DNA from: Chara braunii
Taxonomy: Eukaryota; Plantae; Charophyceae
Assembly (NCBI GenBank): GCA_003427395.1
Contig: BFEA01000010.1
Coordinates: 3,390,632-3,454,631 of the forward strand
Direction of reading: 5' to 3'
DNA: 64,000 nucleotides
The notes beneath the pieces were generated by a model that worked only from the letters and a program-made list of their open reading frames with translations, made no database searches and was not told where the DNA came from. Positions 26,901-38,900 of this stretch are shown here, in pieces (the first letter of the stretch is position 1; each line of letters opens with the position of its first letter). Made by a program: the position numbers and the translations under genes.

Positions 26901-27553
26901 CGGTTGCGCGCACGGCTGTAGGCAGGGGAGGCCAATTTCCCTGGCCCTGAGCGCAGCGCCGCACCGCCTTATATGGTGCTCCGCGGATGTTGGTCTCACG
27001 CTTGGGCTTAGCCCTATAGGTTATGATACTGGGTTGGCGCGGCGGAGGTTCGAGAATCGAGGCCAGCGGGCCTCGGCGCAGCAGCAGCGATGCAGCGTGG
27101 AGCGAAACCTGAGAGGTTGACGGCCCTGTGGGGCTATCCCCCTCGGTTTTGTTTACGGGCGTGTCGGCGGGCCCAATCCGCGGGGTGGCAAGGTGCCAGC
27201 AACCCCGCGGTTCCCCGACGTTTACACTTAGTTTATTTTATTTCCCTTTTGTTTACTGTTCTTGGTCCCTTCGTTATCGCGTCCCGTTTTGGGATGCGAC
27301 AATGCGATAGGAATGCCTGGGGGTGTGTTGTATTTGCGGGGTCGCCTGAAGTGCAATTACAAACGGTTTTCGTAGCTACGCCTGAGCCGCACCCGGCACC
27401 GTTTTGCCTAGGGCGCGGCGCCGTGGGTGTGGCTGGCACTCAAGAGCACAGCTCGGTGGGTACACCCCTGAACTGTTGGAATGCGGGCCAGTGTCCGACT
27501 CAAAGGGGCCGGGTGATTTCTCCAAGGAGCCGCGGGGCGCCGCACCAGTCGGA

Positions 27554-27662
27554 GTCCTTCGGGACATCCGTTAGAATCGGAACGATACAGAAAAGATTAG
27601 CACGGTCCCAGCGTGGGGGCGGCCCGTATAAGAGGAAGGAGGCCCGACGGCCGAATGCTTTT
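27554..27662 (+). ncRNA. U6: U6 snRNA-derived sequence within LTR B
   Basis: GTCCTTCGGGACATCCGTTAGAATCGGAACGATACAGAAAAGATTAGCACGGTCCC matches the U6 5' half; the 3' half is diverged; TTTT at ~27659; same relative position as in LTR A. Confidence 0.88.
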
Positions 27663-30389
27663 GCTCAGCGGTAGCCGTCGGGCTGCGCAGTTCGGGGAGC
27701 CAACATCGGCCGTGGTAGTGGGTGATCAGACACGGGAAGAAAGCAAGGCGGGGCAGGGCGCAGCGGTGAGAGGATGAGCCAAAGAGGACCTGGCGCGAAT
27801 TGGAGCATCGCGGGTGAGGCAGCGTGATAGTGACCAAGGCAGTGAGGCACAGCGCTGCAGCGGAGTAGGGGGCGACGGGCGCTGGGGGAGACAGTGGAGA
27901 AGAGGACGCACCCGGACGGATAGCCGCGATAGGTGCATGCGGGGTAGGGGGAGGCTGGTGATGCCGGATAGGCGGGTGAGGCGCCGTGGGAGCGGGGCTG
28001 TTTGCGCGATACTGGGTGAAAACGGGCTGGGGGAGAGTGTAGTAGGGCGTTTTTAGATATGGCGAGTTCAATGGTACGGTTAGTTCTGTGGTTAGTTGAG
28101 TAGAATAGTGGGTTAGTGAAGAAGGGGGTGCGCTGAGATGGCTATGGTAGAAATAGAGGAAAGCGATATTTCGCTCGATTCCTAACGGAATCGAGCGAAA
28201 TAAAGTCGTAGACAGTGTTTTCGTGGCACTGCGACTTAGACTGTGGAATTAGTTCTTGCAATAGGTTAGTAGAAAGGTAGGTAGATGAGAGAAGATGGTC
28301 CGCGGTCTATGGCGGAGGGGAGGAAAAGCAGGAAGAAGAAGTTGAAAGACCACTTGATTCTTGGCGGAGTCGAGTGGGGAAGGCGCTAAAGTTGAGATTT
28401 GAGGGTAGGGCGAGTCGGATCATGCGGTTAGTTTGCGTGTTCGAATGCTGTGTAGTGAAGCAGGAGGGAGTGTGCCTGCGAGGAGGGTGTAGAGGAAGGA
28501 GGAAGATGGGTGAATGAACCTAGCGCGGATTCGCGCCAGGTGCGCCCAAGGATCGATATGGTGGAAAAACGTTCGACTTCGACCGATAGTTGATGAAGGC
28601 GGCCAGGAGAAAGGGCTAGACATGGGTTTTTAGGTATGGTGAATCCGAATCTGTCGTCGGACAGGGGTAAAAGTTAGTAACAAGAAAAGTCAGTGCGCCA
28701 GAGATATGGCCGAGTGGGGAGAGAAGCGAGGGTGAAGAAGGTCGTTCCCACCCGTTTCTGAGTGAGAACGGGCGAACCAAGGAGCAAGTCGGGGGGTTTT
28801 GGACGCCGCGAGTTCCATGATGCGGTCGGTTTCAGCGATGAGGGAGTGGATTGGGCGGTCTATAAACTATGGGCTGCGTGGAGCTATGGAGTAGGAAGAA
28901 GAAAGGGGGACGAAGCAAACTTACCTTGCTTACCTCTGAGCAGATTCAAAGGAAAGGAGTGTGTGCATAGGGGTTTTTGGCCAGCACGAGCACGATGGCT
29001 TCAGGAGATATCGCAATAAGGCTTTTGATTTAGCAGTGCAGTAGTCTGAGGTCGCGCCCGGTATATTAGCTTTGCAAATAAGCCTGGCCATGGTGTTGGC
29101 CTGGTACCTTCGCCACTGGGAACGGCTACGCGGGGAAAAGGTGCGGAGGTAACGCTTTCGAGTGCACAGTGGCGGGAGGCGACTACCAACTCTGGTACTT
29201 ACCTACGGGCTGTAGGTTGCTTACCTCAATAGGTCGGTGGAGTAGCAAAAAAGGGAGTCAAGGAGTTGCGGAGCTATCCGTTTGACTGACCCATTGTGAC
29301 CCCATCAAAGCTCGGCAGCGAGAGGCGGCCGTAGAGTTCGGAGCTTCACCTGCGGAGCGAAGTCGCTGTCGGTTCAAGTAAGCGGAGTAATGGGGAGCAA
29401 ACTACGGTGGGTCGATGGTCAGCCCACCTCCCGTCCCACCAGCTTGAGCGGTAGCAGGCCTATCGTGTAAACTGCAGGCTGATCTGCCGATTGGTGCGTT
29501 GTTTGTTTCACAGGCCGAGCCGTCGGCGGTGGACCACAAATGGCAAGATTGCCTATGGCAAGCAGGAAGGTTCTGAGAGAGGGAGGACGAGAGGGATCTA
29601 CGTGACGGATTGGCGGCGGCCGTAGAGGTTGCGGGCTTATCCATTGGCCAGAATATTGCCTGCCTTATTAGCCCACGCATCCGGGGAGATTAGTCGAGGG
29701 AAGCTGCAGGTTACTTGTTGACCGGTAGGGGGCAGAGGTATGGTGTGAGGTGAGGGGTTGAACTACAAGGGAGGTGTTGCTGCGAGTTGGAGGCTCGTCG
29801 CGGGGGGGGGGGGGTCATTTCGGCAGTCTGACTCTGTTGACCAAGCTGACAGTTGGCCGCCGTTGCAGGGCCCTCAGGCTATTGAAGGTAACAAGGCCCT
29901 CTCCTGCGAGTCTGAGTGCGCTCTCCTTGTATCTGAGAGACTAAATACTTTTTCTTATGCCCCTCTTCCTCTAAGTCTGGTCCATTGGTTCTGAGAGGAA
30001 GGCGGCAGTCGGGATTACAACCCGTAACCCGCGTCAAGACTCTGTGGGGAGTCAGCCCACCGATTGCGGGAGCCCTGCCGGAACTCAGGAGGAGTTTTGG
30101 AGGCAGGGAACTGAAAGGTAATCATTGTTTTCCCTCTATAAGCCCAGATTATAACCCCTACTTGTATACCTTGCTATGTTTGACTGAGTATACTGCGTGT
30201 GCCCCTACTTTGACTTTCGGTTTGACCTTCGGGACACCAGTCAGACTAAGTAAAGGAATGTGTGCGCAATCTCAGTTTCAGTCTTTGTTGATTGTCTGAA
30301 GGCAGAGTGTGAACACAAGGGGTTGCATCTGGGGGAAGGGTGGGTGAAAGGTGGCTTTGCCTGAGGTTGACAGGGTCCCATGGGGTCAG

Positions 30390-31205
30390 ACCAGTTTCCA
30401 TAAGATTGGCCGGTCTTACCGCTGTGGTTATTTTTTAATTTCATGGAGAGTCATACCAGTTTCATAAGATTGGACGGTCTGATTGCTCTGAATTAAGAGG
30501 GTTTGACTGTGGCTGACTTTTCAGGGGCCAAACCTGTACCATAAGATTGGAGGGTTTGGTTGTCATGTTTGATTGGGGTTTGTTCTGTTTCTTTTGTTTT
30601 TGATCGAGGAGGTCGGAGCAAGTCCATAAGATTGGACGGCTCAGCCCCTTCCTGTTTCATTCTGAGGGAGTAATTCTCGCTGAGGGGAGGACATGTCCAT
30701 AAGATTGGACGGCCTTGAACTTATGCCGAACACAATGGATCGGAGAGAAACAACCTTGCAGAGGCCCAGATATGTTCCATAAGATTGGACGGTCTGGCCC
30801 AATACCTCGCACATGCTGGAACCCAAAAGGTTAAAATTTGGCTATATTCTATACTATCCTATGTATGAACAGGCTAGCCAGGCATGGGTTCCATAAGATT
30901 GGACGGCCTGGCTATAGCTTATTATGAAATGAAGAGAGTATAACTAAGAGTATAATTGAGGGTAACCCTGGGCAGGTCGGGTCTTGTTCTAAGATGAACG
31001 GCGCAGTCCTATGCCCAGCTTTTGAACACCAAGCTTAGAGAGGTATATATAATTTTGGATATTAAACATTTCGGGGCGGCTGAGCCTTGTTCTAAGATGA
31101 ACGGCTTACTCATATGCCCAAAAGAAAGAGAGAAGTAGTTGTGCAACCTGTTCGTGTATACTCAATGGCTGAGTCAGGCAAGTTCCATAAGATTGAACGG
31201 CTTGA
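30390..31205 (+). repeat. Dispersed hairpin array, ~10 copies of TCCATAAGATTGGACGG and variants
   Basis: Cores at ~30398, 30462, 30539, 30624, 30697, 30777, 30891 and 31185, plus GTTCTAAGATGAACGG at ~30986 and ~31089. Confidence 0.88.
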
Positions 31206-32484
31206 TTTTATGTCCTATGTAAGCTGGGTATAAGGGAATAAGGCATCAAGAGATTACAAACTATTGCCTGCCAAGTTGGCTTGGGGATGGTGAGAGTACT
31301 TACCTTTGTGGTTTGACATTGCATGTGGCTGAGTGAGACTACTCCTTGGTTTGAGTTTCAGGTTAACAGGTATTGCCTTAGAGGCTCGCCTCGTGCTAGA
31401 GCGATAGGAGTTGGTTCAATTTTTGCATTTCCTGAGCTAAGTTTTTTTTACTTACATCGATTTTGCATTTTCTGGGATCTTTTGTTAAACTTGGTTTTGT
31501 ATAAATTTTTGGAAGCTACTTTCTCTCCAGGGCAGTAAGAGGCGACTGCCACCACAGGTATGGACCTGTATACCACCCGCTCTGCACAGAGTGCATAAGA
31601 GGGTGTGTGGTTAGCGGTTGTCCAGCGCCGAGAGATTAACCCTCAAGGCGCGTGTCAACCGACACTTGAGTGTCGAATGCGACCCTCGAGATTAACGAGG
31701 ACCGCGCGAGTACGGGTACTACATGGTACGCCATCATCGCGACTGCTTGCGTACGTTTGCATTGCTAGTCGATATGAGTTAGCCCTGCGTCNGCGCGGTT
31801 TTATATCAAGTNTCGCGNGCGACGNCTATCCAATTTCCGTCGGNAAGTTANGGGACGGCTNCTGAAGGGACTAGGAGTGTTGTCGCGTTGTTCGATGTGT
31901 GTGCGTGCGTGTGTTTTATTTTTGTGTTTGTTAGAGTGGTGTGCGCGTGGTGTGTGGGATGCGTCCTAGTCGACGGAGGACGAGCCGCGCTTGGGACTTC
32001 AGCCCCCCCAGATGTTGGTTCGCATGCGGGTCCGATAGGCGTATTACCGCGCGTAGCCCCTATGCTACAGCGAACGAGAAACGCCCTCGGCTGGTCCACC
32101 TCTGCGATTGCAACCGAGTAGCTTTCGTACTGTGGACTGGTAGCTCGGCGGGGATACGCCCACCGAAGGGAGGTGACAACTCCCGTAAGGTGGAGGTAAG
32201 TTGTGNNNNNNNNNNNNNNNNNNNNNNNNNNNNNNNNNNNNNNNNNNNNNNNNNNNNNNNNNNNNNNNNNNNNNNNNNNNNNNNNNNNNNNNNNNAAGTT
32301 GTGCCTCGCATAGACCCTATCCTGTCGTAGGGGCTCGCGAGAGGTATGGCTGGCGCACTCGCCCGGAGCGGCCTAAGGAAGCTCCATTTGCGCGTTTGTG
32401 ACGAGGTTGGTCCAACTCCTGTGTGACGCGGCCGAGAGGGTTCCGCGCTGCCGCGTGCGGTGTCGGACCGATGCGCCCGAAAGG

Positions 32485-32503
32485 TGGCGCCGTTGCCGGG
32501 GAT
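32485..32503 (+). promoter_or_regulatory. Primer-binding site, tRNA-Asp(GUC)
   Basis: TGGCGCCGTTGCCGGGGAT is the reverse complement of the plant tRNA-Asp 3' end (the Athila-type PBS), 2 nt after the LTR end. Confidence 0.92.
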
Positions 32504-34689
32504 AACGGCTGCCTACCGTTGTCCCTGGTGGAACGACATCCGGGTACTGGATTGCGAGGAAATAGGCAAAGTGAGAAGGTTGATCGAGCATCTACGGATT
32601 AATCGGTTGATGGTATTGGGTAGAGACCAAGTGAGGAGTAATTGTGCGAGCTATTTTTGTTTTGTGCAGTAAGGATGGCGCGAAGGGAATGAGTTTGACT
32701 ATGCGCCCACGTACGTTGACTATGCGTGCACGTACTTCGATTATGCACCTGCGTACCCTAACTAGTACGATGGTAGTTGGAGTTGATACCCTTTCTGACC
32801 CCGATAGTTGATGGGTTTGGGCGATGATTTGCATGTTTGACACTACTAAGGTAGAATGAGGTGGTATCAGCAAAACTAAGTGTGGATTGTGGGAGTTGGC
32901 CGTGTAAGGTGCCCATAATGGCTAAGGGAAGTTACCCGAGCGGTCAGGGATGCAATACAGCACTTTGGCTTTAGGGCGAGGCATAGAATGAGTAAAGAAG
33001 CCTACTGTGTTAGAAGCCGTTACGGGACTTCGATGAGAGTTAGGCTAGGGATATTGAGAGTCTGTACGAGTATGAATTGGGATCCTGGAATTTGGGTTCT
33101 ACGTAGTTGCTCGAGTTGTATAGCCATAAAAGTTTGAGGCTTGCTCCGCATGGTATGTTTGCAATTAGGCGTATAAGGCCGTAAAGAGATGCAGTGAGCA
33201 CCGTGGTAAGGCCCCAATAGAAAGGGCTACGAGAAGTAGTAGACTTGTATGGCGTCTGATAGTGGAGGGTATACCATGTTATTTATGGTAGACCATTGCT
33301 TTGAGCCCCTCCTAGGGTCGGACCATCCACTCGAATCTATGAGTTGGAACTAAGGACCTTAGACTAATCATCTGAGGGCACTTCTATTTGAGTTATATGT
33401 TGAACTCAGTACTATATGTCGGATACTGTCTGAGTAAGCTTGCCTAGCGTCTGATCGTGTGAGGCAATGTGCTTGGTGATTATAGTCCTTTGATAATTAT
33501 CATTGTCAGAGATATTTATATAGGTTATGTATCTTCGGTATGCATTTGAATTATCAGTCTGCCAGGATTTATGTGAGCATCTGGAGTCCAATTATTAACC
33601 TATGGGCGTTTATATGTGTTTGGATTGTTCCTCAAATAAGGGTAGAGATGTTAGAACGCGATTATTAGCATGGTAATCGAAAGCGTATGCTGGACGTTTT
33701 TTCTGTGATGGGCAGAACCCAGACCAAAGCGAAGACAACCCAGGATGCCTTATGCTAAGGAAGATCCCAGTGTGACCTTGCCTGTCAAGAAGGGAGATGG
33801 GCTTGAGATTTCCTTGCCAAGGCGTGTCAAGGAGGGATAGTATATCTCTTCCTAGTGGGGCGCATTGATAGGCAAATATATTTTCGCCTAGATCGAGTTC
33901 GGTCTCGATGATGATCAGGGATGCGCGATCGTGAGGGTGACTCTGTACGCCTTTTCCTCATTCTGGGTCGGGCATGGGGTTGAGTTGGCACTTGGGCACG
34001 GGAGCCTGCTCGTGAGGCCTTTGAGAGTGGTTGAGGCAGCCGCAGTGAAGTGGGCGAAGAAAGTGTCTTGCGATGGAGAAGAGCAAGTGCTGACCCGTAT
34101 AGAGATCAAGCGTGTTGAGGAGTTTGTGCTTCCGTCAGCGCCACTATGGGTCATCCTGCCCGAATTTCTCATTGAGAAATGTTTTGGTGGACAGGCGAGG
34201 ATAGTGGCAGCAGCTGACGCCGCTTTGAAAACACGGGACTGGGGGAGTGGGTGCTATACATGCGAGCTGGTATACGGATTGTATTTGGACCTAAGGTTTT
34301 CTCCTCCTAGTCAGTGGCTCAGGAGCATGGCTAATATGGTCGACGTATATGCTAGTTCCCATGACCCAGATGAGGGAGTAAGAGACTGGGATGAGATTCG
34401 GGTAGCAGTAGTTAGGTAGCGAATGCCTTCTCTCCTACTAAATGCGCTTCCTTTGGCTTGGTTGTGGTCGTCTCTCTATCCATTATCGCAGTTATAAAGG
34501 TAAGCGTCAGGGTAACTAGGGGTTGAGGCCTAATTGCGTGAGTGAAAGGGTAGATAGCGTGATTTAAGTGTTAGCAGTTTGCCCTTGTCTGCCTTAGCTT
34601 ACTTAAATCTTTGTTTGATGATGTATTGCCCGCTTTGCGTATCAGACGGCCATCAACATCATGGCGGAATAGAGCGGAATTCGTGTCAG

Positions 34690-35910
34690 ATGAAGGTGTT
34701 GTTGTGCGAGGCACTGCGAGAGTCAATGCCGCCAGACCTCCGTGCTTTGTTGTTCCAACGAAGGAACTTGTCTGACTTCCTACATGACTTTCAGGGCTTC
34801 AGCCTTATGAAGAAGTGGGACGAGAGGGCGATGAGGTACATGTTCCTGTTGTTTGTTTGTGAAAGACTAAGTGAGGAGGTATATACCCTCAATCAGTAGT
34901 CGAAAACGTGGGATGAATTGGTGTATTCCTGAAGGCTAAGATTTCCAGAAGATGGAATAGAAGGCCCACGTGGGGAATGCTCTGTGCCACCAGTTGCGGG
35001 CGCACCATCGCAGGCGGAGTTAAGTGGGTTACAAAGACAAGTAGGGGTATTGGAGAAGAGGTTAGCACGGCTGGAAGAGGCAAGGAAGGGTAAGCGGAAG
35101 GTTTTAGAAGACTCTCCAAGTAAGTCGGCTGGCCAGTGTGAAGGAGGAGTAGAAAAGGGTGACCAGGAATCGCCCCTCTCAATAGGAACCCCAAAGAGGC
35201 AAGCCAGTGTTCAGGCGAGGGACAAAGGCAAGAGAGAGGATGAGATAAAGGAGGAGCATGGACCTCTCAAGTTAACAAAGGCGCAGCGGAAAGTGAGGAA
35301 CCTCGCTCAGGGCGGTCAAGGTACCGAAAAGGGACAGAGTTCGCAGCGAGTAGCGGCTACACCGCAAGAGGGGGAAGGCGAGGCAAGACCAAGGGGGCCT
35401 CCTCTGATCAAGCAAGCATTACATGGGCAGTGGGCGTCGGGTAACCGAATGAACTTGTGGCCGACACACAGTCCTTATATGCCCTGGGCGCAAAGCAATT
35501 ATATGGGCCCTTGGACGAACATGATGCCCTGTGGGGCCCCGCCAGTCTAAATGCAACCCGTCGAACCGTTGTGGCCACCGATACAGCAAGCTTCGCAGGA
35601 CAGTATGACAGGTGGAAGGGGCCAAAGGCAGGCAGTTGGAAGGGGCCGAGGGGATGGCGGGGTGGCACTACGGGCCGATGAGATGGCGGGCGTGGCAATA
35701 CGGGCTGTGGAGATGGTGGACGCGGCAATAGAGGCCGTGGGAATGACAGGCAAGGCGCCGAAGGTCACGACAGGGGTCAGCGAAACCATAAGTGAGGCTC
35801 AAAGAAGAAAGGGGCATATGATGGTGCCGAATGAGATGGTCATTAGAATGAGCCAAGTGATTAAGGGTGCAGAGAGGGTAGATGAGATGACTAGGACAGA
35901 GAAAGTATAG
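34690..35910 (+). pseudogene. Degenerate gag-like ORF
   Basis: LFQRRNLSDFLHDFQGF...W...MFLLFV...LSEEV followed by a coiled-coil and basic/Gly-rich segments; stops and frameshifts; sense strand, downstream of the PBS. Family assignment is by resemblance only. Confidence 0.45.
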
Positions 35911-38900
35911 TAGGACGTAATGGGGATTCACCCTAACTCCTGGGTTGGGGAGTTTCTGTCAGTTGTCTGCCCTGGATTTTTGGATTCGTGTTGGTAGAGG
36001 CTAGTTGTACATGTATTAATCTGGAAACTGGAGTACCAGGCTAACCATTGCGTGACCCTAACCGCATACTAATTGGTAAAGGCTAATTGCATATTATCTG
36101 CGTCGGGGCGGACATATACTTGGATGTGTGTATGTGCATAGGTTAGATCCGGGGAGAGGTTTCTCAATAATGGTCCGGTAAAGTAACTTAGGTTGTAGAT
36201 AGCCCAGCCGTACAGGTGAAACCAGAGGGGGCAGTGAGTGAGTGGGGACTGGTTCGCCTGTACGTCAGTAGGACCAAGGTTTTTTGTATATAGGAACGGA
36301 GCTAGATATGTGCATATCTAGGGGTAGTCACGATTAGCTTGTCCATCTGTACATATGAAGATTGTAGTGCTGGACGAATCTTTGTTTTTTCTTTTTGGTG
36401 TGATTTAGGTGATTGTGTCCTGATGTGTGATATGTTGGCGTGTACAGTTGGGATAGATTTGTGTGATTTGGGTCTCTGTGTACATTGGGTATATTCCGAG
36501 GTATTCGTGTGTTAGGGACGTGGACCACTAGGTAGGATGGGGCAAGGAGTGACCCTGACGGCATTGTTACGAAATAAGGGTCTGTTCTACTAGGCCTACT
36601 GACTGAGAGAAGAGGGTATGGGACCCACGTCGTGTCCAGGCCTGAATGGTTGCATAGGTGTGAGTGGTAAGAGAGGCTTGGGAAGAAGCCTCGGCATGTG
36701 GGAGATAGGCTCTCTAGCCTAGGAAAGCAGTTGTAAGACTCGTGTACGAATAACTTATAGTCTTACCTGTCCTAGGGTATCTGGATACGTCTTGAGTTAC
36801 TTGGGTCCCTCTGACTTGAAGGGGTATGGCTACGTCGTGATCAATCTGTTCTAGCTTTAGCTTTGGCCAGAGAGGCTGCTTTGTTCTTGTGTGATACCAG
36901 TGACGATTTGAGTTGAGATTGTTCAACTCCGAATGTATATATGTAATTTGAGACATTTAGCTCACGGTTGAGTTAGGGTATTGTACCCCTGTGTATATAT
37001 TGAGTTGAGGCCTTATCCGAGACTGTCCTTTGTATAAGACGATCACAATCACTCTCACATGTGTGGTTTTATCCTGATGTATGATGGCTTTGTGTGAGAG
37101 ATGTGCGAGATACTTCTCATATGTATTGGATTGTGTGGATTTCATGAGAATAAATGAATGTGAACTGTCTGCTCTTCGGTATACCTACAGGCAGGACAGG
37201 GCCGAGTGTAAGGAGAGGGAGTGCAGTCTGTCATTGTGAAAGTGTGAGAATCCTAAGGGATTCTGCGAGTCTTTGAGACTCGAGTACTTACCATGCCGAA
37301 TGTTTTATGATTAAGTTGCGAAAAGGGCCCGTAAGTAGACCCCTCAGTTGAATTGGTTCGTGGTTGAGTTGTGGAGAGGACCCATAAGTAGGCCTCTCAG
37401 TTCGAGTTGTTCTATGGTTGAGTTGCTCTATGGTTGAGACCCCTTCAGATTAAGGAAGGTGGTAATGTTTATTTATCGGAAGACTCATCCCTAAAAAGGG
37501 AGGGCGTTTTAAAAAGGGTCGTGTGATAGCGCATCCTGAAAAGAGAGGGATGACTGGGAGACCTATTGAGAGAGACCTCCTTCGTGTGAAAGATGGTTAA
37601 TGGATTTAAGGGCATGGTAAGCAGTGCTTGAGTTGATAAAGTCTGACGAAGAGGGACCACGTTTGCTTGAGATGTTTGAGAAAGTCGCAAAAGAGTGCAG
37701 CGCGAGAGACGTCTCAGGATGGGTGGTTGCTCACGGCCTTGTGGACCTAGCGGATTTTATTTGTGATTGTGCGAAGGATGTCATGCCTTTCGTGGGAGAG
37801 CTGGTAAATGCCTTAAGACCCCTGCATAATCTCGTAGTGGGCCCATGATTGGTTTTGCGACGCTCCGTCTTACCACTTGTGCTAGTCCTGGGACATAGTA
37901 GGGAAATACCAAGCTAAGCGGTAAAGATTAGCACCTCTAGAGCGTAACCCCAGTGGATGGCTGCTAGCCAGCGCAACCTGGCTGCGGGACCGCGGAGTAA
38001 GAGTTTAAGGGGAGTTGCCCGCCCCAGGGAAATTACTCCGTGGGGTAGTAAAGGTCGATAATTTTTGAAAAATCCTGATGGAATGCTTATCAGGAGAAAA
38101 CCTATCGTTGCGTAGCAAACAAGGGTACTGCCGCTAAATTAACAATGCGGTGGACCGTAGTCTTGGTCCGATCAGCCAGGATATGGTGGGCCAAGATGGA
38201 GACCTAGACTTTCAGTACTAGACTGCAGAAAGAGCCGAGTGGATATTAAGTATACAAATATACGTATGTGTATTTGATTGCGAGAGATTCTCTGAGAAGG
38301 AAGGCAAGAGTGTCTTCAAAGGTCTCGGTTAGGGCCCGCGTCCCTAGTTTTGGCCAGGACTAGGGACACCGAACGAGAAGCCGAAGGTTGTCTAGGACCG
38401 GGGAGAGGATGATTGGGAAGGTCTTTGGAACTTATGCTGTCAGCGTCCTAATGCCGGGGCGGCGAGAGTCCGGGTTAGAAACCTGGTAGCATATAGTTGT
38501 GGAGGCATGGTTTGATGGAGGCCTCTACCCTGTGTTTCTCGGCTAATCGGATTGGTTCCTTTTTCGTTAGCATCTTGGGTAATCTGACAGCTTTTCGATT
38601 TTGCGAAGCGACGGGGACGTCGCTTAATGTGGTCCGGTAAGCTGTCGGCGCGAATACCCTTACAAGGGTATCCGCCCTGGTTTTTGCAAGTGACAGAAAA
38701 TAAGTTGAAAGTTTAAGTATACCGCGCTAGGCGCGGTTGCGTCTGTGATTTACGTTGACCAAATGGTTGACTATAATAGAGAGTGCATGAGCGCGCAGGT
38801 TTAAGGCGCGCGTGATTCTTTTCTGTTATTGATCATAAAGCCGGCGCGAACATCGGTAGTTCTATCTAATGATATTATTATCATTTTTTTTAAGAAGGAA

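Larger units (their letters stand above)
26467..32482 (+). repeat. 5' LTR of element B (~6 kb)
   Basis: TGTC start, ends cgcccgaaa just before GG and the PBS; homologous to both halves of LTR A. The N-run 32206-32295 has AAGTTGTG on both sides and LTR A is contiguous there, so the gap is probably spurious. Confidence 0.85.
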
